Assembly (NCBI GenBank): GCA_028023455.1
Contig: JAQFVV010000003.1
Span: 27,466,001 to 27,530,000 of the forward strand
Source: Epiperipatus broadwayi
Lineage: Eukaryota; Animalia; Onychophora
Length of the DNA stretch: 64,000 bases
Reading direction: 5' to 3'
In this document: in pieces, positions 13,445 to 28,421 of the stretch
Numbering within the stretch: position 1 is the stretch's first letter
How the letters are laid out: the number at the start of each line of letters is the position of its first letter
Program-made: the position numbers and the translations under genes
Notes under the pieces: model-generated
What the model was told of the DNA's origin: nothing
The model's database searches: none
Seen by the model: the letters and a program-made list of their open reading frames with translations, nothing else

Positions 13445-13535
13445 GTACTTCAAACCCAGTCAAGCCCGAGATTTAGGTCAGGGACCAGCCTGAATTCGAA
13501 CCCACTCTCTAAGCCCCAGATCAAACACCTAATGA
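13445..13535 (-). mobile_element. tRNA-derived SINE-like head
   Basis: Pol III B-box GGGTTCGAATTC on the minus strand (13492-13503); a related gtttagactctggggct segment lies at about 9538-9560 (+). No full cloverleaf. Confidence 0.4.
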
Positions 13536-13899
13536 ATAACATAATAATGATGGCACATAAGAATTAATTTTAATCCGGCCCACTAGCAAAGCGGAGAAAA
13601 CAATGAGACATCTATTAACTATAACTAAACTAAAATATATATAAGCATGGCTGTACTTTTGGAAGTGGAGAAAAGAGGAATTCAAACTACTCAAATAAAT
13701 TAAACAATAAAAATATAGTTTAATATAATGACAAATTATTATACATTATGACTTAATGGTATACATTAGTATGTGCATGAAGGAGCAAGCTGTAGATGAT
13801 TACATAGTGTCATTTAGGTTATTATTTCTCATATGCTCTTTTTAGCTAAATAATATATACTATACATAAACACACAACTTTGGCGGGTCCAATATTAAA

Positions 13900-13985
13900 A
13901 TGCCAATCGATTATTAGAAAGAATTACATAATATTGCTATTAACGCTTTGGATTACGGTTCTGAAACGTGGTGACACATTATTTA
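13900..13985 (+). mobile_element. Small RTE/LINE RT C-terminal remnant
   Basis: Translation ALDYGSETW resembles the RTE-type LLYGSETW motif. Confidence 0.3.
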
Positions 13986-16900
13986 GGGGAGCGTTCCGAG
14001 ATTCATTATGTATATAAGAAAACTATTTTCACGCCATTACAGTCATGAAAATAAGTAAAACACATTTGAAAATTACATTTGATTATATGACAAAATAATG
14101 AAAATTCTTTTAATTAGCGCTGGTAAGAAAAACGCTTTATTTCCCCCAAGGCAGATACTCTTAAATACAGAAATAAGTTACGACAGTGGGATTGTATAAG
14201 ATTGAAATAAATTTAATTAATAAAACTAGTAGTAGTTGGCATTTATATATATTTCAAGCAGAGCGCAATTTTAATATTAGAGCATTAAAATTGGGTCATG
14301 AGGCAAAAGAAATAATAATACGAAGAAGTTTGCGGTGCTGACATAATAACCAAGAAATAACAGGAAAAGTCATGCTTCTGGATAAAAGACGAAGTGGATA
14401 GGCATGCCATGGACATCAGCCGACGTGCAGGCCCTTTTTTAATTAAGAAAGTGGATAGCCATAGTATGTGCCAGACTTAGGAAATCACTGAGTGGCCTTT
14501 TTATACGAAATAAGGGGTTTTGGGAAGGTTAACTATCCTCAGAACAAGGCTTGAGAAATAAATCTATGGGTTCGAACTTGTCGCAACCCCCAGATTAGAA
14601 GACTAGAAGCACATAATATATATAAACACGAAGATAAGGCCAAATGTCAGTAACGCAGTAATGATAAATGTGACTAATGACATTGAATAAGTTTACTGCT
14701 TTAAAATGAATGCACCTTATTTGAATGCCATAATTTAGACAAATAATACATTATGCAGTTATAATATATATTGACACAAGATTTTACTTAACAACTAAAA
14801 TAGTAAAATATTAAAATTTCTCTAATACGTTAAGATTTTATTTAGTAAAAGAAACATTAAGATTTACCCCCTTCCCTTTTCTACTATTTAAAATAATTCA
14901 ATCCCACCTTCGTGGATTTTAAAACAACTGAGAATATTTAAGCTTATGATATTTTAAGAGTATGGAAAAATAAAAGAAAGCTAGCAGTTATAGCAAACAA
15001 CTAATATGTCACCTTTTTCAGAATTTAACAAAAAATATTTTAAAAGATTTCAAGCGTTAATTAGCTTAAATGGTGGATTTACCCCGGGTAGAATTATTTT
15101 ATTCTGTTCGGAGTTGAACAAATAATTTTATAATAAACCAACATAAAATGTTGATTCGTAAAAACAAACTGGCGAACTTATATAATTTATTTTGAAGGAA
15201 TGTTAAAACCTTAATTAATGGAGATTTAATTGAAAGACAAAGTGGATTTTAGAAATTACGTTCTCCAGGTTGCTGGAAATTGGCATATTAATAATAAGCA
15301 AGCAGATATATAAATCAAATACTAAATACATATAAATAAAGGACCGCACCAAAGTTAAGGAAAGTTAAGAGCATATGAGATAAAATTAAATATATAGAAA
15401 TTATTTAAGAGCAAATACATATTAGAAAAGTTACAAAATTAAATTATACATTAGGAGAAATTGATAGTAGAGTTTTAGACTAGTTAGGCAAGCTAGATTT
15501 AGTTTCAATGGTGGCGGTTTGAAATAATTTATCTTGCACTATTTTAAGAGTTCATATTAAAAAGTCCAGCTCGTGCATGGCAGTTCTTATGTGACAGCAA
15601 GCTTCTATTTAGCATTCCAAAGTTCTCCAGGTCTTTACTTTATTCTAGGGAGCATGATATAACAGCAGCGGCAGATGATGACCCAACAGGGCCGAGAAGG
15701 GTGGTGGACTTACTACTACATCATTTTAAGTTTCATATCGACGTGTAGTATGTTAACAATACAGTTCTCTTAATAGTAGCTAATCTATCTGATTTAAAAT
15801 CCGGCCATTTTATACCCTGCTCAGGTATCTCTGGAATGCTTTTAATTACTTAGTTCATTGTTTTTGAAAGATGCAACTGTTAGATAACGTCCAAAATAAA
15901 TTCAAATCTATTTTCAGATTAGAAATAGATTTGACAAAAATGTTTATAACAAAAGAAAATCTTAATCTTAATCCCCATTTTAAGTAAAATTTTAATTAAA
16001 AATACCTTCCCCAGATTAAAACAATAGTGTGTCCAACCCTTTAATTATTTTTAGACAATTAACAGTTGCATCGTTCCATCTTGGATTTTATAAAGTATAC
16101 ATTTTAATAAAAAAAGTACTTTAAAAAGAAAAAGTTTAAAAATGACGTATAATAAAATATTTACAAAAAAATCAATTATTTGTTAGTATTTTGCTTCTAT
16201 ATATATATTTGAGTCGCACCTATATACTTTAATAATAAAAGAACTAATAATTAATAATAATTTTAAAAATGTTATTGAAACGTTAAAATTTTATAACTTA
16301 GGCGCGCATCTCAAATATATACACAATATATATATATATACGACAAAAGGAGCGGGATGGGATATAGGGTTTAAATATAGGTTAGTAGGTGGAAACATGA
16401 AGCTCAATTTTAAGCTAAGATTGACTGCTTCATAATCTACACCAAACATTTTATTTTTGCCTGTTAAATGAGGTTTACCTAATCACTCTTGGGCACATTT
16501 AATCTTAATCTGTTTCAATTATTTGCTTTCATTTATCTCCTATTTAAAAATGAAATTATCTTATCATAAATTACCTTAACAAAAGATCATTGATATTCTA
16601 TTGATTTATTTTAAGGTTTGGCTGTTGTGAAATGGCTTAGATTTGGAAACCAATAAGCTATTGGCATTTCTAGTTTATGTCTAAATTATTATTTGTTAAA
16701 AGTTTGTAAAAATGTTTATGAGGGAGTAAATTTTGCTCATCATTTAAGATGGTTAATAGTCAGAAACTGGTATAGTGATATGGATATAGTATTGTCATGT
16801 ACATGTAATAATTTATTACTGATGTTGTTATAATGCCACTATGAAGTTTCATTTGATTGCTAATGCATTTAATAGATGGTTCTGGAATAAATAGAACATT

Positions 16901-18997
16901 TTATAAACTTCTCTCTCCATTTTAATTCTCCTCAAAATAATTACTTTTTTCATATACAAAGTCTGTGTTTAACTATTAAAAAATTATTATTTAGTCACAA
17001 ATCATATTAACAATAAATGCTACTCAGTTTAGTGCTTACAACTACAAAGCAATTGTTTTCATTATTTATAGCCAGCCTATTAACATTTGACTATTAGTCT
17101 AGTTTATTTTTTTGGATATTCTTCGATTAGAAGTAACTGATTCTAATTTAGTAACCAATATTAGATATGGACTATCTATCTTGAGTTGCTAGAATAAATT
17201 ATAATAAAAAATTAAGCAATTACAAATCAGTGTCAATGGTGAACAAATTTGATCATTTAGTCATAGTACTTTTTACTTAATTAACTCAATGTGCCTTCAG
17301 TCAGAAAATTTAACATATATACATTGACATGCTTTATTGTTTTTGATTTCTTGGTTTAAATTAATAATTGTCTAATTTATATTTTGTTTTGCTTTTTTGC
17401 CATTGTTCTGGAATTAGAGATATTAATCATATCTAGTTAATAAAAGCTAAAGAAATTTGGTGTATTGGTTTTTAGCACCCTACCCCTCAATCTGATGTTA
17501 GCAACTGAGAACATTAAAATAATTGATAATTGGAGTTGTTACTGTCATGTGCTAATTGATTTGGATTCAAAATCTTTAGAGCATTAAAAGTTCTAAGAAG
17601 TTGCTATAATATTGATGAATTAAAATCAGCAACATATATCTAAAAACTGGTTATAAAGGTCTGGACTTATTATTACCTAATGTCTTTTTTAAACCAGTAT
17701 TTACATTTTGACCTTAAAATTGAGAGATAGATATTATTATTATGAATTTACTCAAAGCTAAAATAATAATAAAGTTAGTTAGTCATGAATCAGATATTTT
17801 CAATTTTGTTTAAACTAAGAGCTTAAGTTGGGGCTTTTTTTTTTTAATCAATAGATTATTTAAACTAATAAATGGCAGTTGTTTTAAAATGTTTATATAT
17901 ATAAAAAGGGACTTCATGATTAATAATTATTTATATTAAGAAATAAATTTGCAAGAAATTTGTCCTCAAAATATTTAATGACAATAAAATTTATTGTAGT
18001 TTTAACAGGAGATTGAAAAAAAATTTTTTAGTGGTGAATATCCCCCCCCCCCAAAAAAAAAACAATCTTCTAATTATGATTTAATATATAGATGATATGT
18101 GGATTTAATAATGGTACATTCTGTTCATTTATGTGGACAAAAAGAATGTATTGATATAATAACCTTAATAATTTAAATGCATAAAAAAAACCTCTTAATT
18201 ATATAATGCACCCATAACCTAAAACCCCAAACTTTCATTTTTGGATAGTGCATTAATATAATAATATGTAATTTTTATGTTTTGATTACTTTAATAATTA
18301 TTTTAAATGATCATTTAATTAATGGCTAATGTTGCATCCTGAATGAATAAAAGTTTTTCTTTCTATTTCCAACAAATGTTGGGGAAAAATAATATTTCAT
18401 TCTGATCATTTAAGATGGAACTACTATACTGTAATAACCATGAAAATTAAATCAGCCATGGCCAGTGTTAATGTGATCTTTACACTAAAACTCGAGGACT
18501 TAGCATCCCATCTTTGGTGAAAGTTTCTTCGTTATCACAATCTTGTTTAGCATTTATGATCAGTGTATTGATACCATTGACTGATTCAGTTTGAAATGTA
18601 TTTTGCTCTTCATGTAAGTGTACTTAGGGATTCTTATTTATTGGCCAATAATGGATTGGTAGCAAGTTTGACCAAGACAAATTAATTATTTAAAGCTGTA
18701 TCATGAGGCCTTTAAACAGATCTAAAATTGTGCTTGGATACAGATTGCAAAAGATATACTATATTTAATTATATTCAGGAATGCATTTTTTAATGATCAT
18801 TGAATCATCATAAAATATTTTCTTCTTATAATTGCTTTTCTAATAAGCTATGTAGTAGGATCTTGAAGATAAGATAGTTCTGTCATGAATAGATTGTATG
18901 AAACAAAGCTACAAATTGATTCATGTATTAATTACGAAAGAAAGCAGTTCATTTGCATTTTACACATGACACCCATCTTTAAGTCATTACATTAGTC

Positions 18998-20539
18998 CAG
19001 CGTTTCCCAACCTGTGGTACGTGTACCACTGGTGGTACGCGAGTTGCTGGTTGGTGGTACACGAAAAATAATCAATAATGGCGGACATAAAAAATAAAAA
19101 AAATTAAATCATAAAAATATCATAGAAACGTTTTTTCCTATAATTCATAAAAATTATTTTAATGAATAATATTATACAGTAAAGTTGTTAATATGTACAG
19201 TCGATGATCGAAAATCCAGCAATTGATATCGTTTTTTTTTTTTTTTTTTTTTGGAGAGCACTTTTAAATTTAGCCGTTAGCCACCAGTAACTTGAGATGT
19301 CGCCGCCACTGTTGTGATAGTGCTGCACTCTCATTCACTTCACAGCATGGCTTACAAGTGACAGGTTATTGTTTGTGATTGTATCGTCTTTGTTTATTAA
19401 AATTCATTGATTCCTATATAACCTGCTTATTCGAACTTATACAAGTAGCACAGGTTTTTTTTTAAAGACAATCCTTTTGATCTCTCTTCGAAATTGTATG
19501 ATTTTGATTGGCTTCAGGTGCTTGCATATTTATCTGATATTTTTTGCAAATAAATGAACTTAAATTTTACACTTCAGAATAACTCGATAACGATCTTTAA
19601 TGTTAATGATAAAATTGAAAATATGATTAAGAAATTAGATTTTTGGAAACTGTGTATTGAAAACAATCAACTGGAAAAATTCGAAACTCTACATATTTTT
19701 TTGTTTGAAAATAAGGTTAGTCTGTCTCAAGATATACAGAAAATATAATAGCACATTTAACAGGATTAAAATTGTCTTTCATGGAATATTTTCCAAAACC
19801 CGAAAACACAAATGATAAGTGGATTTCAAACCCCTTCTATGAAGAAAAGTTAGAAAAAGCTACATCATTATCAATAAAAGAGAAAGAAAATTTAATAGAA
19901 TTATCGACACAATCTAATTAATTTTGGTTAAACATTAAAGAATATGAACAGTTTTCTGAGAAAGCTCTTAAATTATTATTACCATTTACTAGTATGGAAT
20001 TAGTAGAAAGAGCTTTTTCTTCATATATTTTTTTTTTAAAAAAAAGGTATTGAAACAGATTGAATGCAGCTGTAGACTTAAGGATATCTTGTGAACCAAA
20101 TTTCAAAAAATTATGTTCTTCGAAACAAGCACAAGGATCTCATTAAATTTATTTTATAAAAACATTTGATTATGATAAAAAAATATATTAATTGGGTTTT
20201 TATAATTTTGTGTTTTTATTAAAACCATTTATTAGTAAATGAAATATGACAAAATAGTAGATAAAGATGATACTTTGAACAAACACATACATATATGTTA
20301 CAGTGAGTTTATAATTTCAGTGAGTTTATAATCCAGCATGACGTTCAGGCATGTTACAATGTAATTTGTCTCATTATGTGATGTGAATACATGGTCACCC
20401 TATAATATGTATAATGCAAATAAAATAACACACTCGCAATAACAAATTTCACAAAATACAATCATTTTTACGAAGTGGTACAATTTAGCATGATATACTA
20501 CCAAGTGGTATGTGAACCAAAAAAGGTTGGGAAACGCTG
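18998..20539 (+). mobile_element. hAT (Buster/Charlie-type) internally deleted DNA transposon
   Basis: Perfect TIR CAGCGTTTCCCAACCT; perfect 8-bp TSD CATTAGTC (18990-18997 and 20540-20547); transposase C-terminal remnants (LNFTLQ...KKLDFWK; LLLPFTSMELVERAFS). Confidence 0.92.
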
Positions 20540-23500
20540 CATTAGTCAAATGTTTAATTATTTTGTTCACAGCAATACAAAATCTTTATAACTAGTTCAC
20601 CTTATCTATTGTCTTTTTTTTCATGAGCATGTATTTCTGATATTCTTATTTTAAAAGACTAATTTAATTTCTCTTTTCTAATATTAGTTTGTTCTTTATA
20701 TTATTCTGTCAACTAGCATTATTCTTTTATTTTTGGTTTATCTCTTAATTTTATTTTTTTTGCTTAAACATAGTGTGCCACTACTTTTTATACCCGAATG
20801 ATTGTTTACTGAGGATTTAAAAAATTGAAAAATCTGCAATCGTTATCATACAAGGACGCCACTAGGAAAAGAATCTAGAACCGCAAAATTAGAAAAATCC
20901 CATGGTCACGGTTGATAATTTGTATACGTATGACAGATCAACCCAAATTTCTCTCAACAATCCCATTTCAACTGGACGGATTTAATACAATAATAGGTTT
21001 TATTGTTTAAAGAACAAACGTGAAAAAAAAACAAATACACTTTCATAACCTTTAACCAATGATACGCTTTATTACAGTTTCATTTTTTTTCTTTATTCAG
21101 GACCATTAACAAAACAAATCGCTAGTAACCTCTACACCTTCCTTCTTTTTTCTTAACTCTACATAACTAAAGTAAGCTTTCTCTTTCTTCTTTCCTTTTT
21201 TTTTTTTTTAATTTATTGAAGAAGAAAAACAAACAAAGGCGAAGAGCAATATATATTTCATTCTCGAAGGAACATGCGCTTTTACTTATATAAGCGTCCA
21301 AACCGATCCAAATCCTGACCGGTATTAGGACTAAGTGGCCTACTATTAGGAGTAAGTTATAACACAAGACACCCTACCCTCTTTTTCAATATTTTCTCAA
21401 CCCTTGATATCCTTCTCGTGGGTTCATTTATTGGATTATTATCTTTTCTTGACCTCGCCCGATAGCCCTGAAATTTTAGTCAAAATTTAGCTAAACCATT
21501 CATAAAGAAAAATTAAAACATACAAATAATTTACGCATATTAACTAAACAAATTAATTAATGCAGATATAAACATTATTAATATTAAAATAAAATCCCCT
21601 TCTATTGTCGTAATTCATAGTTCATTAATGGTTAAATGCAATCCTAAACATATGTTTAAAGTTCGCTAATGTCTATAGTTCAATCAATAAACACAAAGTT
21701 TCCATTATCCTGATCGATCAGTGCACGTCCATAAGTGTTTCTTCGTACCTCTTGGGAGTTGCTTCTCAGCAACTAATTTTTGTTCCATGGCTAGCTCCGA
21801 TTTCTCCTATGTGGTTTGATGTTTCTTGAGATGTTTTCACGGTTTGATGAAGATCTAGGAATGGGTCAGTGCCCCGGTTGGGGACGGATTCTATTTCGTT
21901 TTAGCCTTCGATCATTTTTATTTCACTTTTTTATATAATTCTTTTTCATTAAAAAAAGTAATAGTAGTCACAGCAGCCTTTTCTCTTTATTTATAGTCCT
22001 TTTCTTCATTGTCCTTTTTTTTGATCACGTTCCCGGCTAGTGATTGCATTCCTTTCATTTTTTTTTTGTTTTAACACCTTGCTAACCAGAAATCACGACA
22101 ATAGAATTAATTACAATTCTTTTTCTCTCTCCCCTCCCTTCAGATTAGAAAATTAAAATAATTAATTATGAAATTGTTTCCAAAAACTTTTAACATTTTT
22201 TTTTTTCTACCATTTTCAATTTAATTTCTCAATCCAATTAAAAAAATAAATAATCTACCATTTTGTTTTTTTTTCTCTCTTTTTTTTTTTTTTTAAAATC
22301 CAATAAAAAAAATTAAATAATACAAAAAAAAAAACTTTCTATGCACACAGCTTTTATTTCCTATTTTCTACCTAATGTATATGTGTCTATACATATATCC
22401 ACATACAGGAAACATAACATGAGCTGATTGAAATTATCTGCTCAATAGGCATATGAACTCTCTGTCTAATTATATCCCAAAATTTTTAGAAATTTTGTTT
22501 TTTAGTATTTAGCAATTTGCAATTGGATAAGGCTTTGCCATTTGTATTCCTTTATATGGATTGACTGTTTCAAGTTCATTGGTTTTTTTAAATAAATTAT
22601 TGTTGATTCAGATCATACTAACTGATATGAGATTTCTCATCTACTTTCTATAATTCTCAAGTGTTAAATAGTAATTGCAGTGTCTCACAAATTCAACTTT
22701 TATTAAATGGAAAAATGATAACACATTGAAATCATTGATTTTATCAAGTAAGTATTCTCAGTAAATGTATATTTATAATTGATTAGGCCAAACAATTATT
22801 TGCCAAGAATATTTATACAGTGGGTTAACTATAACTCTGATATTTAAGTCCAACATCTGTAGTTGATAGTACAATTAGTAGATAATAAGTATATAAATAT
22901 TGAAAACATTATTATATTCATTTACTATATGTTTTTATTTTAAAATTGCATGTACATGTTAAGATAACATTAAAGATAATATAAAAAAAAATATTGCATA
23001 GTTTTTAACTAACACAATATATGTATTTGTTTATTTACTCATAGTACAAATATATTAAAATAATACACATACAAATTAAGATATAAATAAAAATCATTAA
23101 CATAAAAATTAATAAAATTCTGTACAATATATAATAAGAATGAAAACTGAATTAAAAATATTTAAAAAAAATTACTAGAATAATGTAAGGATAGGGCTTT
23201 AGAGAAAAAAGCAATGAAGAAATTAATCCATAAGAAATTAAAAGTAATCATATTTCTCAAAAAAAAAAAAAAATTTGCAAAATAGTTAAAAAAATATTAA
23301 CTTAGTTGACAGAAATTAGTATGGCAAATGTATTTTATTATACTGTAACAATAAATTTAACATAAATTTTTCTATTAGAAATTTCCAAATGAAGACTGAC
23401 TTTTTTTTAAAGAGAGTTGATTTTTTAAAATTTACTTTTGGGATAAAAATTAAGAAACATCTCAATTCCCAAATGGCAGCATAAGATTTAAAAAAGTTAT

Positions 23501-24817
23501 TAGTAAATAAAAATATGTATATAAGTATTTATATAAAGTAATCTATAAGAAATTAATTGACAACAGTAGTTATATATAAGAGCCATGGTTTGATTATTAA
23601 TATCAATTCTGATTATTCTTAAACAAACTTAAGATTAGATTCATCTTCATTAAATCGATGACTCATTTTGTTGGTTCAAAGATGATCTAGTTACAGATGA
23701 ATGTATTCATCTGTTAGTATGAATATATATGAATCATCAGCAGAGATACCATTCAGTTCCTAATATATTTTTTTTAATAATTAAAAGGTTAGTAATTGAA
23801 TAATAATAATTTGTTAGATATATAAAAAAATGATTATAAATATTTTACTGGAAATGAGATATTTTATATTAGCTAAGGACTGCAAAATTTTTAGATCCAA
23901 TTCAAAAAGAAAGAACTGTATGCTGGGAGCTTATTTCTAGAAAGCATTATTCAAGTTGAAATGGGCTTGAATTTTTTATATTAAGAAATTAAGAGCAACA
24001 TTCAAATGTTTGGAAGACTATAATGTATGAATAAAAATAATTTAAAATTATATTTAACTGGAATATATGGAGAAGAGTACAAGCACATTTGGGCTAGAAA
24101 GGTTTAAATAGTAAACCAAGTTAATAGATAAATAATTTATTTTTTAGAGAGTGTGTGTGTGGATATATAACATAGTGTAATTATAAAATTTGAGAAAAGA
24201 TTATAGAAATCTTGCTTAGAGTAAAATAAGTAAAATTATGGAAAATGAATGGAAACAAGAAAATAGTTTGAAATTAAAGAAGGGTATACATTAAATACAA
24301 TGTGTGATTTATAGACAGAAACTTTAGATATCAAGGAAAGATGGTTAAAAATGAAATACAAATTTGAATGGTAGTTGTAAATGTGGTTTATGTGATATGA
24401 GAGAGCAGTAGACATTTTTGGAGTATTAGTTATATGGAGAGTGAGAGAAATGTTAATAAAAATAAAAGAAGCAGAGATTTTTTTATTTAGTTAGTTCTAC
24501 ATGTCAAGAATGAGAATATAAGAATAGGAGATTGGAATTAGTAGAATAACTTTTATTAAAATGAGATAGGAGAAGAAAAATAAGTCAAGGCTGGGAAAAT
24601 TTTTGGTAATAGATAGTTGTAAGAAGTAAAGCAGTTTGGTAATAGGGAATAAGAAATAAATGGGTTTATTGTGACAATGTTTGTTTTTATATGGTGAGTG
24701 TTGAATTTGGTTCACAGTCTTTGGGCATAATGCAATACATAAGATACCCCCATCCCCAATCAGTTTTGGTTATTAATTTCTTATAAATACAATTGCTTTT
24801 TTTTTTTTTTTTTTTAG

Positions 24818-25183
24818 CTCAGAAAAAGAAGTATCTCAAGATCATTCTTCTGAGCCTGAACAAGAAAATGCACCATTGTGTAATTCTGAAAACACATCAC
24901 CTTCCAAAACTAGTGAGGATTCTGGTATTGCTTCATTGCCAAAAAATTCCAGAAAACGACCACATGAACTGCAAAAGGATAAAGTGCAACCAAAAAAGAA
25001 AAAAACTCCCAAATCCTCACAAGAATCAAATCAAGAAACTTTTCAAATTGTTAGTAATGTTGAAGACAAAAATAAAATGTCTCCATTATGGGAAGACAAG
25101 ACATTACCAGAAGGTTGGTATAGAAAGCTAGTGCAACGACAAGCAGGAAAATCGGCAGGGAAATATGATGTGTATATATTCAG
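24818..25183 (+). CDS. MECP2: MBD4/MeCP2-like gene, exon 2: acidic/basic N-terminal region and first half of the MBD ([31 protein letters not shown])
   Basis: Poly-T/AG acceptor, open frame, MBD motif close to MeCP2 [26 protein letters not shown]|gtactg donor in phase 2. Confidence 0.9.
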
Positions 25184-28144
25184 GTACTGAAAGAAATTTG
25201 TATTTGAATATGCAGTTTGTATTTATTAGTATTTAATTGTTGTTATCAGTATTAGCATTGGATGGGTAAAATAAAATTAAATGAGGAACTTTATGTATGT
25301 GAATTTCATATACTAGGAAAAATAAAATTATTCCTATTTTTTTTAGTCTTGATATTACTTTAACAGCTAACTTGGACGCTATCTGATCTTATTGTTTTGC
25401 AAACTTGTGTATCTGTATTTTTATTCCAGCCCCTCCCCCTTTTTAAGTTTATTTTGTTTGTCATTCTCCACCTGAAATGGACATTTGATCTTTATTTATA
25501 AACATTTTATATTATTACTAATGGGTGGTCATATGATGTTCATTTATTTATTTTTAATTAATTTAAATTTGCAGATATTTGATAAATTAAATCCTATAAA
25601 TTATTAGATAATATGAATATTCATATGATTTATTTATTTTTAAAAAACACAAGTCTTTTCCAAAAAATATTAAGAAACAAAATGAAATCAATGTAAAAGC
25701 TGTTAAAAAGGGATGCTTTAAATTTATTTTTATTAAATATATATACATAAACAAGACATTATTTTAGTTTTCCAAAATACTGTTTACTTTTTTTACAAAT
25801 ATATTTACAAATATATTGTACATCTGTTATATTCAGAATATGAGATTTATTATGTGTGTATTATATAGATATTGTGCGCACATCTTTGATTTTTCTTGCC
25901 ATAATTTAATTAACTAGATTGAAGTACTTTTAAATGTATTATAAATTGATTATGAATGAGTTCTTACTCTATCCAATATATTTTGAAACAGTGTAAAACA
26001 TCAGTTGTATTCTCTAATATTAAAGCATATATTGATTTATGGTTGAAAAAAAATGAAAAAAAGACTAATTCTATCATCTTTCTTACCTGGTATTCAAAAA
26101 GATTTATTTTCATTAGAATTCTTATAAGACTTTTTAAATAAATTTTTAATAAAATTATCCATTATTGATTATTATAGCTGACTTCTGAAATCCTAAGAGT
26201 GTTTAAGTTTGGCAAACCCGAGATATTTTAACTAGGTGTAATTTTTTTTTTTTTAATCTATTGTTCTTCTTATATTATGCTGAGTTTTATTTCTCTCTAT
26301 TCATAATTTTTCTAAGTTTTTCAAGCATTATAAATTCATACAGTGCATGTGTATGGGTGATTCTCTAATGACTGTTAAAATAAAACATGGCGCTAAATAA
26401 ATAAATGTGTTATATATAAAGTAGATTCGGTATCTTTTTTTTGTCTTTATTTTATTTGCTTTCTTCTATTTATTTTCTTTCATTTTTTCTTAATGTTATA
26501 TTAATAAAATCTATATTGGGCAGAAACAACATAAGATTGGTATTGACAAGTTATGTCAACAGCAGAATGTCACTTTAATCTACATACACAAAAAAATTAT
26601 TCTGTCAAATATTTAATAAATAAGCATTGGCTATTTACATGATTATCGGGAAGTCTCTATGCATTATCTTTGTGTGTGTGTATGTAGATAATATAATGAT
26701 CATAAAATATTTCCAGAAATGTGTAGAATAGTAAAAAAAGATCAGAATTTTATCAAAAATTAGAAATAAAAATGGATTTTTGATTTATTTTTGACTATTT
26801 TAGGAAATAATAATTTTGATATGTATATAAAAATTATATTAAAATTTTAAATTATAATAATATTTATTACTATATTTCATCATAATTTTTTTTTCTTAAA
26901 GGTTTTTATAAAAAAAAAGCAATTATAATTTTCAACAAAGTAATTTGTCTGTAATATAGTTAACTTTTTTAAGAAAAAGATTTTTTTTTAAATTTTTAGA
27001 ATAATAAAGAAAACTCTTACTTGAAAAATTATTGAATGTAAATCTTGGGTCCAGCATCCATATGAGTATGATATCTTCTCCAGCACATAAAGTTGCTTCA
27101 TATTACAATCATACATTTTGTTTTTATAATCAGAGCATCAATTGTCATCTGACAATTTTCATTAACCTGAAATCTTTGCTCTTTTGTTATTATTAATAAA
27201 TAGATATTCATTTTCTGATCCATACTGAAAGATTAAATGGATTTATTCTGGATCATTTATTGGGCCACAACAAATATTTTTGAACTTTGAAAAAATTAGA
27301 TTTGTTTTAATCTCATTTGGAGCAGTTTCCATCTGACTTGGTATTCAACTTATGGATGGGTTATTAAAGAGAATATTACTTTCAATTGTTTTAACAGCTA
27401 GATAAATTTATTATTTTAGAAATTGGTTTCCTTTTTTATTAAAATGATCATATATTAATTAAACAGTGGATAAGAAACTTTAAGAGCAGTTAAACAGAAA
27501 ATGGTGAAATGCCCAACCAAGCCTGTAGATTTTAAAAGTTTCCAAAAAAAAAATTTTTTTTAATGAATATTCTCACTTTAAACTAAGTTGGTAAAAAAAA
27601 TTTTTTTTTATAAATATGTATATGTAAAGATGAATAATTTTTTATTAAATGCTTTTGTATTCATTTGTCTTGTCTGTGTTTCTGTCAGTATGTCCACATT
27701 TTAGAATTAACAATGAAAAAAAATCTGTCCTCATTTAGAACTCCTAATCCTTATAGTTCCCAATAAAATTCCTTAGCAACTGAGTTAATGAATTTGTAGA
27801 ATAAAATTTTGTTAATATTGATTTAACTCTTACTAAATTAAAATATAAAAAAATATATATTCTGACAGAAAGTTGTAGAATAACATTTTGTTAATGTTGA
27901 TTTGCTTAATTAATCAAAAAGCCAATGCATAAATATTTTTATATAGTAGATTATCATATGATATTTAAATTTAGAATTTATTTGTTAAAGAGCATATTAT
28001 TAAATTATAATTTTTAGCAGATTTTTTTTTGTAATTTTAACCATTATATAACTTTAAAAAGTAAAAAAAAATAAGATGGAAAAATTTTTTTTTTTTAAAA
28101 TAATGCTTTTATATAAATAGCTGACTAAAAATGCAAAATAATAA

Positions 28145-28421
28145 AATAATCCCCTCTTGGTTAATTTGCCTTTTTTAGAAAATATCAGAAATCTTAAGAA
28201 TCTAGATTTGTTATAAAACAATTGGAAATTGCAGGAATGTTGTTATTTCATAAAAGCATTTGAGACTCAAATAAATCATAAAAATGAAAAAGACAAAGAC
28301 CTCGAATGGTTTTATGACCCAACATTATTCCTGTAATTTCCAATTGTTTTATAACAATTCTAGATTCTTAAGATCTCGGATATTTTCCAAGAATGGCAAA
28401 TTAACCAAGAGGGGATTACTT
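28145..28421. repeat. Foldback element with ~125-bp inverted arms
   Basis: aataatcccctcttggttaatttgcc... versus ...ggcaaattaaccaagaggggattactt; ~30-bp spacer. Confidence 0.75.

Noticed and set aside
20784-20800. TTTTTATACCCG, a Helentron/DINE-like 5' signature
   Set aside because: No matching sub-terminal inverted repeat or 3' hairpin could be located.
24793-25131. 112-aa plus-strand ORF overlapping exon 2
   Set aside because: Alternative frame starting in the polypyrimidine tract; the MBD is in the other frame.
27050-27420. Coding-like minus-strand stretch (GPINDPE.IHLIFQYGSE)
   Set aside because: Several stops and no recognisable family; probably an old TE fragment.
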